A program made the position numbers and the translations under genes. From the NCBI GenBank assembly GCA_963708025.1, contig CAVPSB010000013.1:480001-544000 (forward strand): a stretch of DNA of 64,000 bases, given 5' to 3'. The notes below the pieces were generated by a model. It was not told where the DNA came from. It made no database searches and was given only the letters and a program-made list of their open reading frames with translations. Origin of the DNA: an uncultured Candidatus Rokubacteria bacterium. GTDB taxonomy: Bacteria; Methylomirabilota; Methylomirabilia; Rokubacteriales; DASRDR01. Shown here in pieces: positions 58,141 through 64,000 of the stretch (its first letter is position 1; each line of letters begins with the position of its first letter).

Positions 58141-59299
58141 TCACTGTGCGGTCCGTAGGCCCGCGGGCCCGCCGTTGACCTTGATCGCACCGATCTTCGT
58201 CAGGCCCTTGCTGTCAAAACTCAGCACCTCCAGCTCCTTCTCGATCATGCTCTGCGCGAGAAGGGTCTTGCCGTCCCTGCTCCAGACCACACCCTGTCCC
58301 CAATGGCCGACCTTGGCCTCGGCCACGAGCGTGAGTTTCGTCCCATTGATGCGAAACACTTTGACCAATCCAAAGTCGTTGAAGGCCTGGTGCGACTTCG
58401 GCCGCTGCGAGCCGTTCTGGATGGTCACCGCCACGTGGGAGCCGTCGGGTGATATGGCGACGCCCTCCGGAATCTGACCGACGGAGATGGTGTCGACGAT
58501 GCGCGGCGGGCTCATTCTGAGGTCGATGACATTGATCGTGTCGATGTCACCCACACCCCCGCCTTGATTGACGAGTACGGCTACGTCGCCCTTGGAGCTG
58601 ATGTCGATGGCGTAGGGCCGTATTCCCCCGACCATGAACTGCTTGGTGTCCTCGATCTTGCTGCCGTTGACCGACAGCACCGAGATACGGTGATCACCGT
58701 CGCGCGTAACGAGCACCATCTTGCCGTCGGGAGTGAAAGCGGCGTGACTCGGCCCGGACTTGGCGTCGCCGAGTTGAATCTTGCCAGCGGCCGTGAGCAC
58801 CTTGCCTGAAATCGCATAGATCGAGACGGTGCCCTCCGCCCGGTTGGCGACGAGCGCCAGCGTGCCGGCGCGATTGATCGAGACCCCGGAGGCACCCATT
58901 CCGGCCTCCAGCGTCGCGATCACCGCCGGGGGCGACACCTTGAGATCGATCACGCTGAGCTTGTTGTCGGGAACCGTCTTCTTGGGATCGGCGGGATCGA
59001 TCTTCAGCGCCGCCGCTACCAGCGCAAAACTCTCGTCGGGCGCGACCGCCACGTTCTGCGGCGGGCCAGCCACACTCGATGGCGCCTTGACTTCGCCGAT
59101 GACCCTGGGCGGCGAAGCGCCGAGATCGACGATCGTGACCGTGTCCGCCGGCGGATTCTCGACGATCTGGTTGACGCCGTTGACATTGATGACCTTGTTG
59201 TCATTGGAGGAGACCGCGATCTGGGCGGCGGCGCCGACCGACAGGAGCGGCAGGGTGATGAGGGCGAGCCCGGTCGTCGTGCGACATGCGGAATGTCAT
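58141..59299 (-). CDS. Exported YncE/YVTN-type beta-propeller protein, frameshift in the signal-peptide region
   Basis: AAGGAGG RBS; repeated blades (VAVAPDE, FTPDGK, ISPDGS, WSRDGK; TVTIVDL, LSVIDL, INVIDL). Confidence 0.85.
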
Positions 59300-59434
59300 G
59301 GAGAGTCCTCCCTTGCTGGGATTGAATCGGCCTTCAGCCGATATGGCCGCGAACCATTGGACATGTACGACCCCGCGCGTGCGGGCGTGGTCACCCGGAC
59401 CGTCATCGCCCTCGCTCCGTAAGGGGGCTGGCGA

Positions 59435-59516
59435 TCACGTGGGGCGCCACGCCAGGCCCTCGATTCGGGCAAGGATCTGCCCAAACAGGTACCGCGTCAA
59501 GTGGCTCTCGGCCACT
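59435..59516 (-). mobile_element. IS1380-family transposase, C-terminal remnant
   Basis: AESHLTRYLFGQILARIEGLAWRPT* resembles the IS1380 (DDE_Tnp_1_4) C-terminus; recognised from memory, not searched. Confidence 0.65.
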
Positions 59517-59656
59517 GTGGCTCGTCCGCGGGCCGGGCCCGGTGGCAAGGAAGAACGCGGCATTGTCGGGATAGGCCGGCTGTTGGCCGTGGCTGCCCAG
59601 CAGGGGCTTGTCTCGGCCACGCGACGCGCCGGCCGTCACCGGCCAACGACGACGAG

Positions 59657-60088
59657 CTACCCGCCGAGCCCGCTCGTCCCGACCCAGCCGGTCTCGGAGA
59701 CGTTGACCATCACGCCGTCGGGCCCGTTGTACTTCACCTCGACGTTGGCGTGATGGACGCCGGGCATCCCGACGCCGAGAGCGCGATTGACGTCGTCGCG
59801 GGGCTGGGCGCCTGCCGCCGCGAGCTTCTCCTTGATTTCCTCGAGGCTCTCGACCTGGAACCCTATGTGGTGGATGCCGCTCCAGTCCTTGCCGCGCTCC
59901 ACGCCGGCCACCGCGTCGTTCTTGAAGTCGAGGATGGCCAGGTTGAGGTCGCCATCGCTCAGGTAGTAGCCGCTGGCGGTCGGGCTGTCGATCTTGGCGA
60001 TCTGCTTCATGCCGAACACGTCCATGTAGAACTTGGCCGTCTTCTCCACATCCTGGGTCGCGAGCGCGATGTGCTTGATCTTGGGCAT
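59657..60088 (-). CDS. VOC family protein
   Basis: KIKHIAL, FYMDVFG, LSDGDLNLA, GIHHIGFQV, EVKYNGPDG. Confidence 0.92.
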   Translation of the reverse strand: MPKIKHIALATQDVEKTAKFYMDVFGMKQIAKIDSPTASGYYLSDGDLNLAILDFKNDAVAGVERGKDWSGIHHIGFQVESLEEIKEKLAAAGAQPRDDVNRALGVGMPGVHHANVEVKYNGPDGVMVNVSETGWVGTSGLGG

Positions 60089-60376
60089 GACGGTTCCCCC
60101 TCTCGCCGGTTCAGGTCGGTCCACGTGGCTGCCCTGCTAGGGTAAGGCAGCGCCCGGCGAAACGCCAGGGTCGCGATGGGCGCGAGGCCGCGGGCCGAGT
60201 TGGCCCGCTGCGCCCGATCCCCCCGCGGCCCAGGCGAGGGGCCTGGAGACCCACCTGCGCAGAGAGACCCGGGCGTCGGCGGCGCGACCCGGAGATCCGT
60301 TCCCCCGGGGATCGGTCGGGGCGGTCAGCCGGGATGGCGGGCACCCGCGTGCCGTGTCCGGACGGGGCGGATCATG

Positions 60377-60421
60377 ATTTTTCAATGACCACGAGTGGGG
60401 ATTATTGGATGACCGCTGACA
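60377..60421 (-). mobile_element. IS21-type terminal repeat remnant
   Basis: TGTCAGCGGTCATCCAATAATCCCCACTCGTGGTCATTGAAAAAT: starts with TG and has an internal repeat GGTCATYSAAWAAT; abuts the CoA-transferase stop. Confidence 0.6.
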
Positions 60422-61618
60422 CTAGACGACGCCGTCGGCGCGTAGTGCGGCGATCTCGGTGGCTGTGAGACCGAGCAGCTCGGACAGGATTTCGTCGGTG
60501 TGACGCCCGAGAGCGGCGCCGGCGTGGGTGACGCGGCCCGGTGTGCGCGAGAGCTTGGGCACAACTCCGGGCTGGGGTAACGCGCCGAGCCCCTCTGCCG
60601 GGACGTCGATGATCATTTCGCGGGCGCGGTAGTGGGGGTCGGCGAAGATGTCGGCCATGCTCATGATGGGCGAGTGCGGGATCTCGGAGGCCGAGAGCTC
60701 GGCCACGGCCTTGTCGTAGGGCCGGGCCGCGAACCACTCGGTCATCAGATCCAGGATCACCCCGATGTGCTTCGGCCGCTCGGCCGCGCTGGCGAACCGC
60801 GGGTCGCGCGGAAGCTCCGGCCGCCCGATCATCGCGCAAAGGCGCTCGAAGAGATGCTGGGCCGGCGCGGTGAAGACCACCCACCGGCCGTCCAGCGTCT
60901 GAAAGGCGCCGCCCGGCCAGCCGACGTGCTGCAGGCTGCCGCGTTCGCGGACGACGCCCTGCCGGCCGTAGAGCGTGGGCGCGTACTCCATGATGCGAAA
61001 GGCCGATTCGTAGAGCGCGGCGTCGATCCACTGGCCCTCGCCGGTCGCGTCGCGATGGCGGAGCGCGGCGAGCACGCCGAAGGCCGTGAACAGGCCGGTC
61101 AGGTAGTCGGGATAGACCGGCGTCGGGCGCGCCGGCGGCCGGTCGGCGTGGCCGTTCACGTACCAGGTGCCGCCGAAGGCCGAGCCGATGGCCGCGTACC
61201 CCGGTCCCATCTTGAGAGGGCCCGTCTGGCCGAAGGTCGTGATGCGCGCCATCACCAGGCGCGGATTGGCCGCGTGGAGCGCCTCCCAGCCGAGCCCCCA
61301 GCGCTCCAGGACCCCGGGCCGGAAATTTTCCAGCACCACGTCGCAGTGGGGCACCAGCCGGCGGACGATGTCCTGGCCTTTTGCCGTGTGGAGGTCGAGC
61401 GTCATGAGCTTCTTGTTGCGGTTGTCGGCGGCGAACCAGTAGCCGTGACCGTCTTCGACCGGCCCGAGGCGCCGGAGGTCGTCACCCCGGCCCGGCATCT
61501 CGGTCTTGATGACCTCGGCCCCGAACTCGGCCATGAGGGTGCCGCAGAACGGGCCGGCGACCACCTGGGCCAGCTCGAGCACACGGATGCCGTCGAGGGG
61601 AGCTCGTGGCTCCGTCAT
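60422..61618 (-). CDS. CaiB/BaiF family III CoA-transferase
   Basis: PLDGIRVLEL..VAGPF, FGAEVIK, NRNKK, VLENFRPG, GEGQWID, PKLSRTPG. Confidence 0.94.
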   Translation of the reverse strand: MTEPRAPLDGIRVLELAQVVAGPFCGTLMAEFGAEVIKTEMPGRGDDLRRLGPVEDGHGYWFAADNRNKKLMTLDLHTAKGQDIVRRLVPHCDVVLENFRPGVLERWGLGWEALHAANPRLVMARITTFGQTGPLKMGPGYAAIGSAFGGTWYVNGHADRPPARPTPVYPDYLTGLFTAFGVLAALRHRDATGEGQWIDAALYESAFRIMEYAPTLYGRQGVVRERGSLQHVGWPGGAFQTLDGRWVVFTAPAQHLFERLCAMIGRPELPRDPRFASAAERPKHIGVILDLMTEWFAARPYDKAVAELSASEIPHSPIMSMADIFADPHYRAREMIIDVPAEGLGALPQPGVVPKLSRTPGRVTHAGAALGRHTDEILSELLGLTATEIAALRADGVV

Positions 61619-61735
61619 TCCGGAGGAACGACCTCCCGGAGGCGAGGCAGGACCTCCTTGGCGAACAGGGTGAGGCCGTTCTTGGCTTCGGCGTGCGTCA
61701 TGACGCCTGACCGGCTGGCCAGGATCAGATGCTCC
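61615..61735 (-). pseudogene. C-terminal remnant of an LLM-class oxidoreductase
   Basis: EHLIL...MTHAEAKNGLTLFAKEVLPRLR; compare [13 protein letters not shown] of 30172-31191; TGA overlaps the CoA-transferase ATG. Confidence 0.75.
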
Positions 61736-62019
61736 GTGCTGGAGCAGCTCCGTATTGAGACGTGAGAGCCCCCGGTAGTTCCACGGGTCGGCGAGCACCT
61801 CGGTCTCGAACCAATGGAGCGTCGAGGTGAGCGCGACGCTCGTCTCCCTCCGCTCGCGCGAGGCCAGCATCCGAAAGGCGGGGTCCCGGGCCAGCCGCTC
61901 GGCGTCGTCGTGTCCTCATAGCCCGCGAGGCGGCTGTAGATCGACTGGCGGAACAGATCAGGCAACGCGAATTGGAAGTTGCGCCCCGTACGGGGATCGG
62001 TGAGGTGTCGTTCTACGAC
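61736..62019 (-). mobile_element. IS1380-family transposase, N-proximal fragment (frameshifted)
   Basis: HLTDPRTGRN.QF.LPDLFRQSIYSRLAGYED..DAERLA.DPAFR...TSTLHWFE: the D-x-R...RQ...AGYED-x-ND...DP...S-T-L signature. Confidence 0.82.
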
Positions 62020-62168
62020 CGGCGGGGGACGGAGGATCCCGGCATCCAACGGGGTTCTCCTCCCCGAGGGGCCCGGAGCCGCCTGGCGCGGCCCGGCACT
62101 GGGGGGCCTCGAGGCGCTTGGGCCGTAGACCGTCGTCAGGGCCGGGGCGATCCGCGTATGGGCCATCG

Positions 62169-63138
62169 TTACGACCTCTTCGCGCGCTTCTGACCCGGGC
62201 CCTGCGTGAGGCGCACGAACAGAATCCCGAAGCCGAGAAAGACGAGGCCCATCAGCAGCATGCCGCCCGACAGCGCGAACGTGGTGAACGACCAGTCCAG
62301 GTTGTAACGGATCACATTCGGGTCATCGGGCCGATGGTGAATCCGGTGGCGCGTGCCCGGCGCGAACTGTTGCAGCAGCTCGTCCCGACGGCTGAGGCTG
62401 GACGACGCGAGACCGGACGTGGTCTGGCTCTCGAACCGTGCGCCGCTGACCTCGTAACGGAAGGTGACCTGGACGTCGTACATCAGTTGTGAGGGCCGGT
62501 TGCCGACGCTCGTCCGGCTGCTGATCGGACGCACCGCTACCGCCTCGGCGTCGAACGGGCTGCCAGCTTCGCAGCATGGCCACGTCGAGCGACACCAGCC
62601 ACACGCCCAGCCCGAGGATGCCGACGCCGATGGCGACGAAGAGCAGCGCCACGCGCCGCGTCAGTCGCACGTTGTCGGCCGGGGAGGCTCTCCGCGGCTG
62701 GCGAGAGCGGGTCAGCGTCCACACCCCGATGCCCGAGAAGATCAGCCCCATGATGCCCAGCACGCCGGGGCCGATCAGGTTCGTGAGCGTCGCCCCCAGC
62801 TCGTACCGCACGTCGTTCTCGTCGGCCGGGTTGATGGCCACCTCGACGGTCGATCCGGCAGGATAGCGATCGACGTGGCTCTTCACCAGGTTGTACGAGC
62901 TCGAATCCCACGACGGGCGAACGGTGACCTGCCGGATGCCGCCGGCCGTCTGGAACCGCAGCACCAGCTCCGGCTTGTGCTGATTGGGGTTGCGTGGGTT
63001 GATGACGCGGCTGGAGACGACCGTCGCCTCGACCCGCGGCCAGGTGAGCGGCCGCTGCACGCCGTAGTAGTACCACGTGCCACCGCCGCCCAGCAGCGCC
63101 AGGCCGATCAGGAGGAAGACGGCCCCGGTGATCTTCAT
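62169..63138 (-). CDS. Membrane protein with two DUF3592-like domains, frameshift near 62555
   Basis: Two TM-WPxV.A.V...Y/F..G..V.V..NP/RP.D-TM units. Confidence 0.75.
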
Positions 63139-63317
63139 CCGGGCGCCGCTCGTCGTCGGCCCCTCGTGCTCTTCGATCCGTCGCGCTCAGCGGCCCACGG
63201 CCAGCAACGCGGGCTTCCGGGCCCGCCCGAGCAGTGTCCCACGGCGAGTGAGCATATCACCGTTCCAGCGCACCATCCCGGTCACCCCTCGGGCGCGTGC
63301 CGGCGGAAGGCCCGCGG

Positions 63318-64000
63318 CTATGAGCGGCGCAGCGCGGCGAGCAGGTCGTCGGCGGCGGCGAGGAGGCGGTCGATCTCGCCGCGGTCCACGTTCGAGTTCG
63401 TGATCCCGTAGGCCCAGCGGTACCGCGTCTGGTCGAGGACCGTCTCGAGCGGGACATCGACGATCCGGTCCAGGTCGGCCGTCGGGGGCAGGTAGCCGAG
63501 GTAGTCGTTGCAGTAGCCGAGCACGGCCGTCGTCGGGAAGGGGCTCCGCTCGCGGAGGGCCCGGCCGGGCCCGCTGAACAGCTCGAACGGGAGGCCGACC
63601 AGAGCGGTCTCGCCGACGGCGAGCACCTGGACCTCGGCCTCCACCGCCACGTCCTGGCGCCGGCGCATGTCGCGGTACATCCCGAGCGCGCCACGCTGGT
63701 AATGGAGGGGGAAGCGCTGGGCCGAGGTGGCGGTGTGGACGTCGTCGGGCCAGGCCGCCGGGTATGCCGGCTCGGCCTGCGCGGCCAGCCGGCGCTCCGT
63801 CGCGTCCAGGTCGGCGTCGCGCCAGGGCAGCCGGCGGCGCCGCAGCGGGACCACGCGGCTCGCCGCCGCCAGCGCGATGTCGGGCGCCGTCCGGATCGCG
63901 GGCAGGAGGCGCCGCACCTCGGCCGCGAGCCCGCTGCCGACCCGGTCGCGCGCCGGGAAGCCGTGCGACGTGGCCGCCTCGTTCCCGAACCAGAAGTCGA
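63318..64000 (-). CDS. Neutral/alkaline ceramidase-like protein, C-terminal part (5' end outside the window)
   Basis: EVQVLAVG, GLPFELFS, VLGYCNDYLGYLP. Confidence 0.75.
   Translation of the reverse strand, partial: DFWFGNEAATSHGFPARDRVGSGLAAEVRRLLPAIRTAPDIALAAASRVVPLRRRRLPWRDADLDATERRLAAQAEPAYPAAWPDDVHTATSAQRFPLHYQRGALGMYRDMRRRQDVAVEAEVQVLAVGETALVGLPFELFSGPGRALRERSPFPTTAVLGYCNDYLGYLPPTADLDRIVDVPLETVLDQTRYRWAYGITNSNVDRGEIDRLLAAADDLLAALRRS

Noticed and set aside
2460-63138. Many frameshifts read as programmed frameshifting or mass pseudogenisation
   Set aside because: They are single-base indels spread over unrelated genes with intact motifs and no shared slippery site; sequencing error is simpler. 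Read mapping would settle it.

Overview
Very GC-rich bacterial DNA with no rRNA, tRNA, CRISPR array or core housekeeping operon that I can see. The gene content (many ABC importers, a stand-alone ABC_sub_bind protein, zinc-ribbon/class III cyclase/STAND/TPR proteins, DUF222-HNH, LLM, SDR, VOC and SnoaL enzymes) is typical of Candidatus Rokubacteria/Methylomirabilota; this placement is inference only. At least 14 otherwise intact genes carry 1-bp frameshifts, which suggests an imperfectly polished long-read assembly. Highlights: (1) an exported, cysteine-free peroxiredoxin-like gene with an in-frame UGA at the catalytic position and a bacterial-SECIS-like hairpin (candidate selenoprotein), followed by a TlpA reductase; (2) a four-gene unit encoding an exported helical protein with a C-terminal CxxCH, a membrane protein with two PmoC/AmoC-spaced D-x3-H-x12/13-H motifs, and a LytS/LytTR pair, with a direct-repeat operator upstream; (3) a large di-haem c lipoprotein; (4) tandem NLR-like cyclase-STAND-TPR genes beside a Phd-RelE toxin-antitoxin pair; (5) degraded integron-cassette (attC) traces at 18.6-22.7 kb; (6) split IS1380 remnants and an IS21-type end around cargo genes at 59.4-62.0 kb; (7) several families of palindromic intergenic repeats, one with a compensatory base-pair change and one flanked by an apparent target-site duplication.
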